From the NCBI GenBank assembly GCA_963749595.1, contig CAVVNJ010000002.1, positions 32,606 to 96,605 on the forward strand: DNA of 64,000 nt, in the 5' to 3' direction. Shown piece after piece: positions 7,645 through 17,547 of the stretch. The position numbers and the translations under genes are program-made. The stretch's first letter is position 1. Every line of letters starts with the position of its first letter. Origin of the DNA: Candidatus Woesebacteria bacterium (GTDB lineage Bacteria > Patescibacteriota > Microgenomatia > UBA1400 > UBA1396). The notes beneath the pieces were generated by a model. It worked only from the letters and a program-made list of their open reading frames with translations. It was not told the origin of the DNA and did no database searches.

Positions 7645-10145
7645 TAATACGGAGGACGATTGCGGTAACGCTTGATCGCCAAAGCGATGATCTCTTCCAA
7701 AAAATCACCATAGTCCTGACCGGCAATCTCCGCCACGCTGGGAACACAGTCGCCAATACCAATCGACGGATTGGGATTCATTTCCAAAACGTAGGGATTG
7801 CCATCCGAGTCAACCCGCACTTCAACCCGGGCGTAATCATGGCAGTCAAGAATGTTATAGGTATCCAGACCGATTTCACTGATCAAAGCCGCCAGCTTGG
7901 ACGGGATTTTTGGCGGACGCTCAACTTTAATACTTTTCTTATAGACCGAATCTTTATAGCCAGGTTCACCATAACGCTTGGCCTCGAACGGAAAAATATG
8001 CCAGTAGCCCTTGGGCAACTTGTCAAAACGAGAGCGCGACAACGGCAGCACCCGCACATCGTCCGGCTCACTGCCCAGAATCGAAACGTCGTACTCGTCG
8101 CCTTCAATATATTCCTCAACTAGCGCCGGACGCTGCAATTTCTCAATCACGAACTTAATCTGTCGGCGCAGTTGCTTTTTATTGGTCACCACCGAATCAT
8201 TGGTTACGCCGATCGAGTTGTCCGTGTTGGCCGGCTTGACGATCAGTGGGTACTGCAACTCGTCGTCAATTGAGTCGTCAATCGTATAGGCGTAATCCCA
8301 CTTTGGCGTTGGAATATTATGATAATCCAGTAATTTCTTCACCCGAATTTTGTCAATACAGAGGGCCAGAGTCGTGGGATTGGAACCGGTGTAGGGAATC
8401 TGCAAGATATCAAGCAACGCCGCCGAATGGGACTCCAGTAGACTGGAGTTATTGATCCGTTCCGCCACGTTAAAAACCAAGTCGACCTGACTTTTTTGCA
8501 GCTCATTGAACGCTTGCGAAATATTATTAAAATCAAAAAGCGTAACGCGGTAACCGCGCTCGGCCAAAGTCCGCTGAATCTCATGACCAACCTGGGTTAA
8601 TTCCGCCTCCACGCCGCCGATTCCATCAAATTCGTTACTGGCGATTCCGATATGCAATTGGCGCTGTTTTTTGATTGGCGTATGACGCAGTTTGGCCAAT
8701 CTGGCCTGACCAGGAAATTGTTGTTTGCGTAGGGTTGCGGCCGCAAAAGGGCTACTCCGAGAAGTTTGACCTACCGAGGAACCGGGTTCAAACGGCACGA
8801 CCTCAAACTCGACCGCGTCATAGACCCGATCTAAATTATCGCGAGCATCATTAGCATTTTCGCCCTTGGCCGTGACCCAACCCAAAAAATCATAACCCTC
8901 AGGCGGGGCATAAACCGGATCACCAACTTGTTTAAAGAAATGTAACTCACCTTGGGCTGGGATGTTTTTTTTCTCCGGCAAATCAAGATTCACTAGTATG
9001 CCCGATTCCTCCGGCAAAAAATATTTTCCGGCCAGGCAGGCATATGGTTCTTCTGGTTTTTCCAGTTTAGGAACATAACGTCCCAAGGCAATGTTGACAG
9101 CCTGATCTATTAAATCCACGTGCCAGGCGGATTTCACAAATGAGTGGACCTCATCGCCGCCCATACGCAAGTTAACTTCAATCGGGACTGGTCCTTTTTT
9201 GGTCATCTTGGCCTCAAAATGAATAACGCCGTTGATAACCCCTAACTTTTCTAGCGTCACCTCAGCTAGATCCACTAAATCCTGTTGATCTTGTTCCGGC
9301 AGAATGGAGGGTATTTGCTGGCCGGTTTCCACAAAAAAAGGTTCATTGGTCTGGTAATTGTCACTCATCGACCAAAATTTGACCTTGCCATTTTGGATTA
9401 CCAAATCAATGTCCACTTCGTCACCATCGATATATTCCTCACAAAAAATTCCCAAGCCATCACCGAGGGCCGACTCGACCTGCACCGAAACGCTCTTGCG
9501 CAAATAATGGACGACGTCTTCCAAACCAGCCAGGTCGTCTACCTTAACCACATAGGCGCTAGAGGAACCGTACGTCGGCTTAACAACCAGAGGAAATTTA
9601 AGTCCTTTGATCGCGATTTTTGGCTCGACTGAGTTGAGAAAGGTGTGCTTAGGGTATGGCAAACCATTGGCCGCGCAGAATTGACGAAACTTGAATTTAT
9701 TGCGGGCCAGGCGCGACACCTCAAAGGGAATTCCGGTGGTCTTAAATTCATCGGTTAATTTGCTGGTCAGCAGAACGTCATCTTCCCAAAAAGTCAGGAT
9801 TCCATCCGGTCGGCGCTCCGGATGTTGGCGAACATAATCCTTGACCGCCCGCAGCGATTCGGAATGGTTGCCGGTATTGGCCATAATCCAGTCATCAACG
9901 TAGAGATCGGCCCAGTTTTTTTCCGCATTCAAAACGACCAAAAATAAATTTAGTTTGGCCAGACGCTGCAAAATAAACCGTTTTTTTTGGCTACCGGTGT
10001 TGACTAAAAGTAGGATTGGTTTATGGGCCAGCTGTTGAGAAACAGCGGCCGGACTAGGTCCAGGTTCTTCAGAATCTTTGATCATAAAGGCGGTATATTT
10101 TACCCGCGCAATAGTAGATCTTACTCCCGTCAGGCTAGAATGCAA
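7620..10145 (-). CDS. Two-module ATP-grasp ligase (N-terminal L-amino-acid-ligase/carnosine-synthase-like module + C-terminal D-Ala-D-Ala-ligase-like module)
   Basis: 841-aa ORF. Module 1 has FPLVVKPTYGSSSAYVVKV...EEYIDGDEVDIDLV...IEVNLRMGGDEV. Module 2 has YPLIVKPANTDNSIGV...VEEYIEGDEYDVSILG...YVLEMNPNPSIG. Each module carries ATP-grasp K, E and N hallmarks. Confidence 0.8.
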   Translation of the reverse strand: MHSSLTGVRSTIARVKYTAFMIKDSEEPGPSPAAVSQQLAHKPILLLVNTGSQKKRFILQRLAKLNLFLVVLNAEKNWADLYVDDWIMANTGNHSESLRAVKDYVRQHPERRPDGILTFWEDDVLLTSKLTDEFKTTGIPFEVSRLARNKFKFRQFCAANGLPYPKHTFLNSVEPKIAIKGLKFPLVVKPTYGSSSAYVVKVDDLAGLEDVVHYLRKSVSVQVESALGDGLGIFCEEYIDGDEVDIDLVIQNGKVKFWSMSDNYQTNEPFFVETGQQIPSILPEQDQQDLVDLAEVTLEKLGVINGVIHFEAKMTKKGPVPIEVNLRMGGDEVHSFVKSAWHVDLIDQAVNIALGRYVPKLEKPEEPYACLAGKYFLPEESGILVNLDLPEKKNIPAQGELHFFKQVGDPVYAPPEGYDFLGWVTAKGENANDARDNLDRVYDAVEFEVVPFEPGSSVGQTSRSSPFAAATLRKQQFPGQARLAKLRHTPIKKQRQLHIGIASNEFDGIGGVEAELTQVGHEIQRTLAERGYRVTLFDFNNISQAFNELQKSQVDLVFNVAERINNSSLLESHSAALLDILQIPYTGSNPTTLALCIDKIRVKKLLDYHNIPTPKWDYAYTIDDSIDDELQYPLIVKPANTDNSIGVTNDSVVTNKKQLRRQIKFVIEKLQRPALVEEYIEGDEYDVSILGSEPDDVRVLPLSRSRFDKLPKGYWHIFPFEAKRYGEPGYKDSVYKKSIKVERPPKIPSKLAALISEIGLDTYNILDCHDYARVEVRVDSDGNPYVLEMNPNPSIGIGDCVPSVAEIAGQDYGDFLEEIIALAIKRYRNRPPYYHLQPSVL

Positions 10146-10148
10146 GGA

Positions 10149-10784
10149 TCAGTGCTGAATCAGACGTCTTATTTTATTGACCAGACTGGGAAAAGCTTTA
10201 CTGTCACCAAGAAGATCGGTTTTTTCCACATCGATCGCGATCAGCGGTGTTTTGTCCCAGCGGGCAAACCAGTGCTCATTAAGGGCACAAATCTTTTCGA
10301 TCCAAGCTAGCGGCGTATCGGCGTCACTTTTCGGTCCGGTTCCTGATTCAATCCGACTTAGCCGACGGACACCATGCAAAAACTTTGGATCGGCGTGCAG
10401 ATAGATCACTACATCCGGCAGGGGAAAATGCTGGCTGGCCACCTCAACCAGGTCCGCGAAAACCTGTTGGTCAATTTCATTAAGCTTGGTAGCGCCGAAA
10501 ATCAGAGTGCTGAAATAAAAAGTATCCAAAACCACCCCGGTACCGGCACGATTCAGTTCTTTAGCCTGATTTAAGGCCGCCAAACGCTGGGTGAGAAACC
10601 AAAGCTGGGAGCGAAAGTAATCACGGGGTTTGTGATCTCGGAATGGATCTTGCCACCAGGGTTCGTCGATTGAAGTGAATCCCAATTGCTCTTTAAAAAG
10701 AGAACAGAGTAGAGACTTGCCAGCATAGTGCGGACCAACAATGGCAATTGTTAAAGGCTTAGTAAACTCAAATTTTCTAGCCAT
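10149..10784 (-). CDS. Deoxynucleoside kinase family protein (divergent)
   Basis: 211 aa with P-loop IAIVGPHYAGKS, LDTFYFS (ERS-like region) and PDVVIYLHADPKFLHGVRR (lid region). Confidence 0.65.
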   Translation of the reverse strand: MARKFEFTKPLTIAIVGPHYAGKSLLCSLFKEQLGFTSIDEPWWQDPFRDHKPRDYFRSQLWFLTQRLAALNQAKELNRAGTGVVLDTFYFSTLIFGATKLNEIDQQVFADLVEVASQHFPLPDVVIYLHADPKFLHGVRRLSRIESGTGPKSDADTPLAWIEKICALNEHWFARWDKTPLIAIDVEKTDLLGDSKAFPSLVNKIRRLIQH

Positions 10785-11640
10785 CGACTAAAACCTTTCG
10801 CTGCAGATCTGACCAAAAAAGATCGTAGTCGGCAGTCACGCTCACTTGGGTCGACGAACCATGGTCGGTTTCAATGAATTCGCCAATCGAGGACAACTCA
10901 ATATATTTTGCCTCAAAATCCACTGTTGGTAAGAAAAGGGTACTAAACGTTAAGGGGTCGTGCATCCGAGAATCGGGAAACATGGTATCAAAAAAACGAT
11001 CAAAATTCTCAATGATGAGACGGTCAAAGAAATCCGAACGATTTTGAAAATGACGGTATAAATCGTGCTGCCGCGTTACGGAAAGCTGAGGTACAAAAGT
11101 GAAGTCACTGAGCACCCAACGCTTTGGGCTCAATTCACCAAAAACCTGTCTGGCCGCGGATAAATCCAGCCTGACATTGTGTTCAGCCACTCCCGGTTTG
11201 CGAAAATGGATGGCGCCACCCATAATTATAGTTTCCATCATGGGCCAAATGTTCGGATAAGCCAACCCCAACTCTGCCCGGTTTGAAAGCGCGCCAATCG
11301 ATAGGTATTTTCCACCTTCCTGGGAGACTTTTTTTAAAATACGTTTCAACTCCGGCGCGGTGACAGCCGGTAGATCAGCCGGTTCAACCAAATCCTCAAG
11401 CAAAAATAGCTTGCTATTGCCCAGATCGCGTCCAGAAAAGACCGGAATGTCACGATCAATTGACTTCAGCCAACGTCGGAGCACTAAGGCCCGATGATTG
11501 GTCTGGAATTCATCGTTGGTTAAAAGGGCTTTAATTTCAATTTCCGGCGATTTGAGGGCATAAACCAGCGCGATTACATCATCAGGATCACCACCAAAAT
11601 CGGTATCAATGATGACGGGAAGCGGCCGGCCGGTATCCAT
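10777..11640 (-). CDS. Nucleoside hydrolase (inosine/uridine-preferring NH family-like)
   Basis: 287 aa. The N-terminal IIDTDFGGDPDDVIAL matches the DxDxxxDD Ca2+/ribose-binding signature of the IU-NH family. Confidence 0.75.
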   Translation of the reverse strand: MDTGRPLPVIIDTDFGGDPDDVIALVYALKSPEIEIKALLTNDEFQTNHRALVLRRWLKSIDRDIPVFSGRDLGNSKLFLLEDLVEPADLPAVTAPELKRILKKVSQEGGKYLSIGALSNRAELGLAYPNIWPMMETIIMGGAIHFRKPGVAEHNVRLDLSAARQVFGELSPKRWVLSDFTFVPQLSVTRQHDLYRHFQNRSDFFDRLIIENFDRFFDTMFPDSRMHDPLTFSTLFLPTVDFEAKYIELSSIGEFIETDHGSSTQVSVTADYDLFWSDLQRKVLVDG

Positions 11641-11664
11641 AACTGGTCCTCTGATTGTAGCAAT

Positions 11665-13635
11665 TTACCGGTGCGGCACAACTTGCCACCCGATAGCTTT
11701 CGTCCGGCCGGCCGCACGAATATCGACCCAACCATCGCCAATAAAAATCAGTTGCCGAACCGGAACACCCAATTTTTCAGCCAAGCTATTCATCGTTTTG
11801 GTGTCAGGTTTTTGCCGACCCAGTGCGGACGACACTAAGATATTCTTTTCGTCCAACCGGCCCGGACCGACAAAGCCAAAATGACGCAGTAAAGCAATCA
11901 TTTCCTCGCGTGGCAGTCGAGAGTTGGAAAAAACACCGACCGCTGACGAACCAAACAGCTGGACCGCAGTTTGCACGGCCTCAATCATTCCCGGCAAAAC
12001 TTGGTGCGTGGCCATCTCATAGACTACCTCATCGAACAGCATTTCCTTGGCCCGCTGTCCGTCCTGGCCAACCCCCAATGATTTCAGTATTTCGGACCAT
12101 AACTCATGATCACTAAACTCGGCTAGTTCACCGTTCTTTTCCTTGGCCGACAAAACCAGCTTTTCTCTGACCTTAAGGTAGGTTGATCGAAGACGAGCCT
12201 CGCTAATGCCTGGTTGCCAGGTCTTCAGCCGCTCCAACCAAACTTTGAACAATACCTCTTTGCGCCGTTTGGAGTCAAAGTTGGGCGCGCCAATTAAGGT
12301 GCCAAAAACATCAAAACCCACTCCCATCGCTCGTCCGCTATCTTTGGCCTCCGCCAAGCGTTGGGCGATTTCAAAACCGTCTTGGGTCCGGCGACTGGCA
12401 TTGAGGCTATCCCTAGTGCGAATCCGGGGTTCCAGAGTTTCTTCCTGACGATGTTTGCCCAAGAATTTTCTGGTCTGAGGCAGAATCGCCAGCCCATACG
12501 AGGCCGCCATTTCCTCCGGTGAAGCCACGTCATTAACCGCCCACCGCGTGCCAACGTAATGGAGCCGCTGGTCAACTTGCTGGATTTTAGAATTGGCTTG
12601 CAAAAACTTCCGCAAATTTTTGGGTGAGGCTCCGGTCGCCAAGGTATCATCGATGATCACTGCCCGCGAATCCCGGTCAAATTTAGCAATGCGCTCTCGC
12701 TGCTGATCATACAAAGAAACCACCACCCCACGTTCCCGCATGGAACGGGAAGCGCCGCCGATCGGAGTTACTTTGGGTAGCAAATACACGTAATCGCGCG
12801 GAAAAAGCTCGGCCGCGAAACCAAACTCTTGCCGATGTCTTTCAATGAACTGCACGGCTTCGGAAGTATCAATACCACCCAGCAGAGGGGCGATCGCCAC
12901 ATCATAGCCAGCTAATTTTCCGTGCGCTACCCACCAGTAGGCAGTGCCTAAAGCCTGAGCGGCTGGACATTCATGATCAGTGCGGAATAAATCTAAATCA
13001 GCGTACTTGACCCAAGCTTGATGATATGGCTCGACTAATTGTTTCATTCGCCGAAGATCGGATCGCACTAAATTTACCAAATGATCGGTGGACTGTCCTA
13101 AAAGAGTCAAGAAGTAACCCTCATACAACTTTCGCAAAATCAATTCGGCTTTGGCCACCTCTGGAAAAGTTTTCTTCTCCAGCAGCGATAGTGCGGTCAG
13201 AGCATAAAACTGCGCCGTTCCCAAGCCGATCAAATTATCCCAAAGCGCCAGCTTGGCCTTCCACTCCTCTTTCTTTTTATCCGAGAGCAGTGTCAGCAAT
13301 TCGGGTATCTCCCCAAATTCCGTCGCCAAATTAAGAAAGCTTTCAAAGCGTTTGGCGCCACCCACGCCACCGGAATAATTACCGTCTAATAAGATCAGAT
13401 CGGTGCTGCGTAGGGCAATGCGATCAGTTTTGTACTGCGCCGAATTTCCCGCTAAAAAAAACTGGCGAGCCTTCATTGGTAATCGGCTAAGCTCTCCTGG
13501 GGTAAACAAGACCGCGCCGTTGGTTTCTAAACGAAGCCACTTGGCTTGCGGAACGCGCTCTTGGTAGAGCGTTTGCACCTCGCTCGCCCGAAGACGCGCC
13601 TGTTTTTCTATTTCCTTGTATGGCAAAAGAGACAT
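11665..13635 (-). CDS. Multidomain protein: unknown N-terminal region + phosphoribosyltransferase-like core + C-terminal HAD-like hydrolase
   Basis: 656 aa. AVIIDDTLATGAS is a PRPP-binding loop. GVGFDVFGTLI (HAD motif I variant, as in DxYGT-type members) and IFIGDGWVDIRAA (motif IV-like) mark the HAD part. The first ~300 aa are unrecognised. Confidence 0.6.
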   Translation of the reverse strand: MSLLPYKEIEKQARLRASEVQTLYQERVPQAKWLRLETNGAVLFTPGELSRLPMKARQFFLAGNSAQYKTDRIALRSTDLILLDGNYSGGVGGAKRFESFLNLATEFGEIPELLTLLSDKKKEEWKAKLALWDNLIGLGTAQFYALTALSLLEKKTFPEVAKAELILRKLYEGYFLTLLGQSTDHLVNLVRSDLRRMKQLVEPYHQAWVKYADLDLFRTDHECPAAQALGTAYWWVAHGKLAGYDVAIAPLLGGIDTSEAVQFIERHRQEFGFAAELFPRDYVYLLPKVTPIGGASRSMRERGVVVSLYDQQRERIAKFDRDSRAVIIDDTLATGASPKNLRKFLQANSKIQQVDQRLHYVGTRWAVNDVASPEEMAASYGLAILPQTRKFLGKHRQEETLEPRIRTRDSLNASRRTQDGFEIAQRLAEAKDSGRAMGVGFDVFGTLIGAPNFDSKRRKEVLFKVWLERLKTWQPGISEARLRSTYLKVREKLVLSAKEKNGELAEFSDHELWSEILKSLGVGQDGQRAKEMLFDEVVYEMATHQVLPGMIEAVQTAVQLFGSSAVGVFSNSRLPREEMIALLRHFGFVGPGRLDEKNILVSSALGRQKPDTKTMNSLAEKLGVPVRQLIFIGDGWVDIRAAGRTKAIGWQVVPHR

Positions 13636-13650
13636 ATTGTTATTGGTTAT

Positions 13651-13660
13651 ACACTAGTGT
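13651..13660. promoter_or_regulatory. 10-bp perfect palindrome ACACTAGTGT in a divergent promoter region
   Basis: Lies 16 nt upstream of the 13635 start codon, in the gap to the divergent 13747 gene. It shares the CACTAGTG core with sites at 28694-28701 and 57265-57274. Confidence 0.4.
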
Positions 13661-13746
13661 TTTTCGAGCAGTAAAGTAGTAATTGTCAGCTTGCAATATA
13701 GATGCTTGTTATCTTTGATATTAATAGGATATACTAGAGGACGTTT

Positions 13747-14604
13747 ATGGGTAAATACGATCGCGAGTTAGAATCGCGAAAATACGATCAACCCAGGGTT
13801 CTTCCCGAGCATCTTCCCGGGCACGATAAGGAATTGACCGCTCTCCAGATACTGACGGGAGAAGCGGACAATATTCTCATCGTTGATCTGGATGATACCC
13901 TCTATGACACCTTTTCGGCACTGACGGAATATATCCCCATGTTCATTCGCCAAGAAGTTGATCCGGAATTCTCTATAAGTTCGTTGGAGTTGCGCGCGGC
14001 AGTTATCGGCGCCCCAGGTGGTCGCTTCGATAATACTGAGGTCCTAAAAAATACTATGGACGCAGCCAATTTGTCGATCGACCAACTAATAAACCACGCG
14101 AATTCTGATCCCCAGCTGCTCAAATTAGCTAAACTTTTTCCGGAAGCCCGAGCCTTAATCCAGGCTTTTGCCACTCGCGGCATACCACTGGTCGGCGCCC
14201 TCACCGCCCGACCGGAAGCGGTAATTCCGGAGACCTACGCCATCTTGCATCAGGATGGCTTTCGTGCCCGGATACCGGGACATGGTTTCGGTCATTACCC
14301 GGATCATAGTCGGCCGATTACCGTCCTTCGTCCGGACGGTGTCACGACCCAGAATCCCGCCGGACCAAAAATTGTATCTTTTGAACGATTGTTGTCACTG
14401 TTACCGCCCCAAACCAGGATCCACTATCCGGAAGATACGGTAAAAACCGCCATCGAAATTCATGCTCGATTCAAGGATCGCGTTACCGTGATCGTGCCGC
14501 TGATCCCGCGAAATCTCAAGGATCGTCAAAAATTGGAGGAACTGGGAATTGTTTGTGGCACCCACGCGGAATTAGTGGCCCGGGTCCAAAATAATCATCG
14601 CTAA
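13747..14604 (+). CDS. HAD-superfamily hydrolase (possible nucleotidase)
   Basis: 285 aa with HAD motif I ILIVDLDDTLYDT. Context is a nucleotide salvage cluster. Substrate unknown. Confidence 0.6.
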   Translation: MGKYDRELESRKYDQPRVLPEHLPGHDKELTALQILTGEADNILIVDLDDTLYDTFSALTEYIPMFIRQEVDPEFSISSLELRAAVIGAPGGRFDNTEVLKNTMDAANLSIDQLINHANSDPQLLKLAKLFPEARALIQAFATRGIPLVGALTARPEAVIPETYAILHQDGFRARIPGHGFGHYPDHSRPITVLRPDGVTTQNPAGPKIVSFERLLSLLPPQTRIHYPEDTVKTAIEIHARFKDRVTVIVPLIPRNLKDRQKLEELGIVCGTHAELVARVQNNHR

Positions 14605-14622
14605 GCAAATTAATTAAGTATC

Positions 14623-14650
14623 TTTACTGCCGCAAGTTTGCTGATATAAT
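14623..14650 (+). promoter_or_regulatory. Candidate sigma70-type promoter for the PfkB kinase/RNR genes
   Basis: TTTACT (14623-14628), 16-nt spacer, then extended -10 TGaTATAAT (TATAAT at 14645-14650). It lies about 40 nt upstream of the ATG at 14693. Confidence 0.4.
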
Positions 14651-14692
14651 TTTCGGTTGGCAGTCAGAAGCAAATAAAATCTCTGGATTTTT

Positions 14693-15760
14693 ATGAGCAA
14701 GGAGCTAATTACACTGGGTCCAGCCCTGGTCGACGTGGTCGCCGACCTGACTCGTCGTCCCCAGGATTATTACGCCATTCTCGATGGCCTCCACGCCGGC
14801 CCCGGTGATTGGGTACCGATTGCCGACGAATACCAGTTGAATCAAATTCTCGGTATTTTGGGTCAACAACTTGCATTTTCCTTGAGTCAAGATTTTTTTG
14901 CTCTCGCTCAGACTCCCCAAATTAGTATTGAGGCTGGTTCCACCGGTTTGGGCATGGTTTCGGCCTTTACTCCTAATCAGCGGCGTCAAACTTCCGTTGT
15001 CACCAGCATCGGCTCGCCTGATGGGCAGCAACCAGACCAAATTTCAACTTTTTTTTCTTCCGCCGTAAAGGACTTAGGCGCCCGTCATGACACCGTTCCG
15101 GTGAGGGGAATTAACCCGATTGGGCTGGTCCTGGCCACTGCCGACTCAACAGATAAGGTCCTCGCTAATTTTGCCGGAGTAGCGCACGAACTGCCCTGGC
15201 TTCCAGAATCGGTCCAGTCGCCGCGCGTGCTACACATCGACGCCTATGAACTGAGAGAGGGGACACTTGCCCAAAGGGCGAACGAACTGATCCGTTCTGG
15301 GACCGCACCAATCGCCTTGGGACTGGGCAACCCACAAATTATTCACGGAAAATTGAAGGCCAAGATTCAGGAGTACGTTAACGATGGCCTGATCACTTAT
15401 CTGATGGGTAATAGTGAAGAATATCGCTTGGCTTTTGATTTGGGCCCAACTGACTTAGAGCCCGCCAAGCTGCCCCAGCTCGGCTTGCAAACCAAAGTCC
15501 CTCATATTTTGATCACCCTCGGCGCCGAAGGAATGGCCGCCTTTGACCGCGGTCAATTTGCGCACGTTGAATCAAAAAAACCAGCCCGAATAGTGAATAC
15601 CTCAGGGGCAGGGGATACAGCGGCGGGAGTTTTCCTATCCGGAATCCTAAAAAATAAACCGCTGGAGCAAATTTTGCGGGAAGCGACTTTTTATGCGGCG
15701 CAAGTTTTGGGCGTACCAGGAAATCGATTACCAGAGGGAAGAGAAACGGAGTGGCGATGA
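14693..15760 (+). CDS. PfkB-family carbohydrate/nucleoside kinase (ribokinase/adenosine-kinase-like)
   Basis: 355 aa with the C-terminal PfkB signature VNTSGAGDTAAGVFLSG. Confidence 0.8.
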   Translation: MSKELITLGPALVDVVADLTRRPQDYYAILDGLHAGPGDWVPIADEYQLNQILGILGQQLAFSLSQDFFALAQTPQISIEAGSTGLGMVSAFTPNQRRQTSVVTSIGSPDGQQPDQISTFFSSAVKDLGARHDTVPVRGINPIGLVLATADSTDKVLANFAGVAHELPWLPESVQSPRVLHIDAYELREGTLAQRANELIRSGTAPIALGLGNPQIIHGKLKAKIQEYVNDGLITYLMGNSEEYRLAFDLGPTDLEPAKLPQLGLQTKVPHILITLGAEGMAAFDRGQFAHVESKKPARIVNTSGAGDTAAGVFLSGILKNKPLEQILREATFYAAQVLGVPGNRLPEGRETEWR

Positions 15761-17547
15761 AAAAAACAGAAAAGTTAAGGGTTGACGCCAGCTGGTATGA
15801 TCCACACTCAACCGAACCATTGATGCGAAAACGGGGAATTGTCAAAGACAGAGAAACAGTTTCTGATGCGCTAAGCCGCGTGGTTCATGCTCTCTGTAAT
15901 GCTGATACGGAACTGGAAGGCAATGCGGATGAGCAATTCCTTAATGACGTTGCTTATTTCACCGAAAAAGGTATTTTTGTTTATGGCACACCCATTTTAA
16001 CTAATGCCGGGAGGGGTGAAATCACCACTGCCGCATGTACCGTTATTCCACTTCCCGTTCGTCAGGGCTTGTTAGAGATAGATCAGTTTCGAGAACGTTC
16101 TTTAGAGTCGCTAGATGCGGCCATTGGAACTGGGTACGACCTCTCAACTTTGGCAAATCCAACTGTCGAGCTCCATCGGATGAATGAAACGATCAATGAA
16201 ATAAATTTAGCCTTACTGAAAGCCAAAAAACGCCCAGTGGCTTGCATGGCCACCCTCCGAGCCGATCATCCGGATATCTTAAATTTTATCTCTGCAAAAA
16301 ACGATGCTGATTTTACTAATTGGCGATTCAACATTTCTGTCTGGGCTAGCGAGAAATTATTCGAGCAAGCTAAAAGAAATTCACTTTGGAATCTGCATGA
16401 CAATGAAGGTCGCGCTGTCGGTCAAATTCCGGCGCAGGAACTATTACAACGAATTGCGACTAACGCCCATTACTGCGGCGAGCCAGGGCTACTCTTCAAA
16501 GATCGCTACAGTCGCGACAACGCAACGCCACAGTGGGAATACGAGAGCACTGCGCCTTGTGCCGAGGTGGCCATGGCCGCCGGAGAGGTTTGTCAATTTA
16601 GTTACATTAATTTGGCTGAACTTTGGTCCGATTCGGGTCAAGGACCGAGTTTTGATTTTGACCAATTCCAAAAGAGCGTGAGAACCATGACCCGCCTTCT
16701 TGACGCCTCGGTGCAGATCACGATTGATTTTGACCCGCTCCACTCCGCAATAATTGGCGCCAAACGACGGATTGGTGTTGGAGTAACTGGTTTTGCAGGT
16801 TTGCTGCTCCGGCTTGGAATCCCATACGCATCACCTGAAGCGGAAAAACTAGCGTACCAAATCTCCGAAACACTTGCCTTTGCCTCAAAAACAGAATCTG
16901 TTGAGCTGGCAACTCGACGTGGAGTGTTTCCGGCATTTTTGGATAGCCGTTATACGAACAAAAGCTGGCTTCGCCGGCATCGAAAAAAATCGACAGGGAT
17001 CATTTCCAATCGAGACTGGGAACTGCTCTATCAGTCTATTCTGAAATCAGGTATTCGAAATGCGTCCACGACTGCTTTTCCGCCAACCGGAACCAGCAGT
17101 CAAATTGCCAGCACCTCAACCAGTTTTGAACCATATTTTTCCCTCGTCAGCTACAAATATGGCTATCCACAGTCGCCGGACACAGCAGTACCGGTTATTA
17201 CCAGAGATGTTTTGTCGGCCTTACAAGTGGTAGCGAAAAATCCCCAGGAGCTGGCTGAATTAATCCGAACGGTCTATGACCCGACTAACCAACATCAGAT
17301 CTCAAATGTTGATCAGTATCCAACTCTCGCCACCGCGCGCCAGATTTCATTGGATTGGCATCTCCGCATCCAAGCCGCTTTCCAAGCCTTTGCTGACGAA
17401 GCCGGGTCAAAAACGATTAATCTCCCCAATCATGCCCAACCTGAGGATGTTATGGCAGTGCTCTTCCGCGCCTATGAACTTGGCCTCAAGGGAGTAACCG
17501 TTTTCCGCGACAACTGTCTCAACGAACGGACCTGCGCCAAGCGTTAA
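15751..17547 (+). CDS. nrdJ: Ribonucleotide reductase, class II (adenosylcobalamin-dependent)-like
   Basis: 598 aa. LTNAGRGEITTAACTVIPL, APCAEVAM and FPPTGTSSQIASTS resemble RNR large-subunit active-site regions. No R2 subunit or NrdD/G partner is nearby. The start overlaps the PfkB gene stop. Confidence 0.8.
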   Translation: MAMKKTEKLRVDASWYDPHSTEPLMRKRGIVKDRETVSDALSRVVHALCNADTELEGNADEQFLNDVAYFTEKGIFVYGTPILTNAGRGEITTAACTVIPLPVRQGLLEIDQFRERSLESLDAAIGTGYDLSTLANPTVELHRMNETINEINLALLKAKKRPVACMATLRADHPDILNFISAKNDADFTNWRFNISVWASEKLFEQAKRNSLWNLHDNEGRAVGQIPAQELLQRIATNAHYCGEPGLLFKDRYSRDNATPQWEYESTAPCAEVAMAAGEVCQFSYINLAELWSDSGQGPSFDFDQFQKSVRTMTRLLDASVQITIDFDPLHSAIIGAKRRIGVGVTGFAGLLLRLGIPYASPEAEKLAYQISETLAFASKTESVELATRRGVFPAFLDSRYTNKSWLRRHRKKSTGIISNRDWELLYQSILKSGIRNASTTAFPPTGTSSQIASTSTSFEPYFSLVSYKYGYPQSPDTAVPVITRDVLSALQVVAKNPQELAELIRTVYDPTNQHQISNVDQYPTLATARQISLDWHLRIQAAFQAFADEAGSKTINLPNHAQPEDVMAVLFRAYELGLKGVTVFRDNCLNERTCAKR

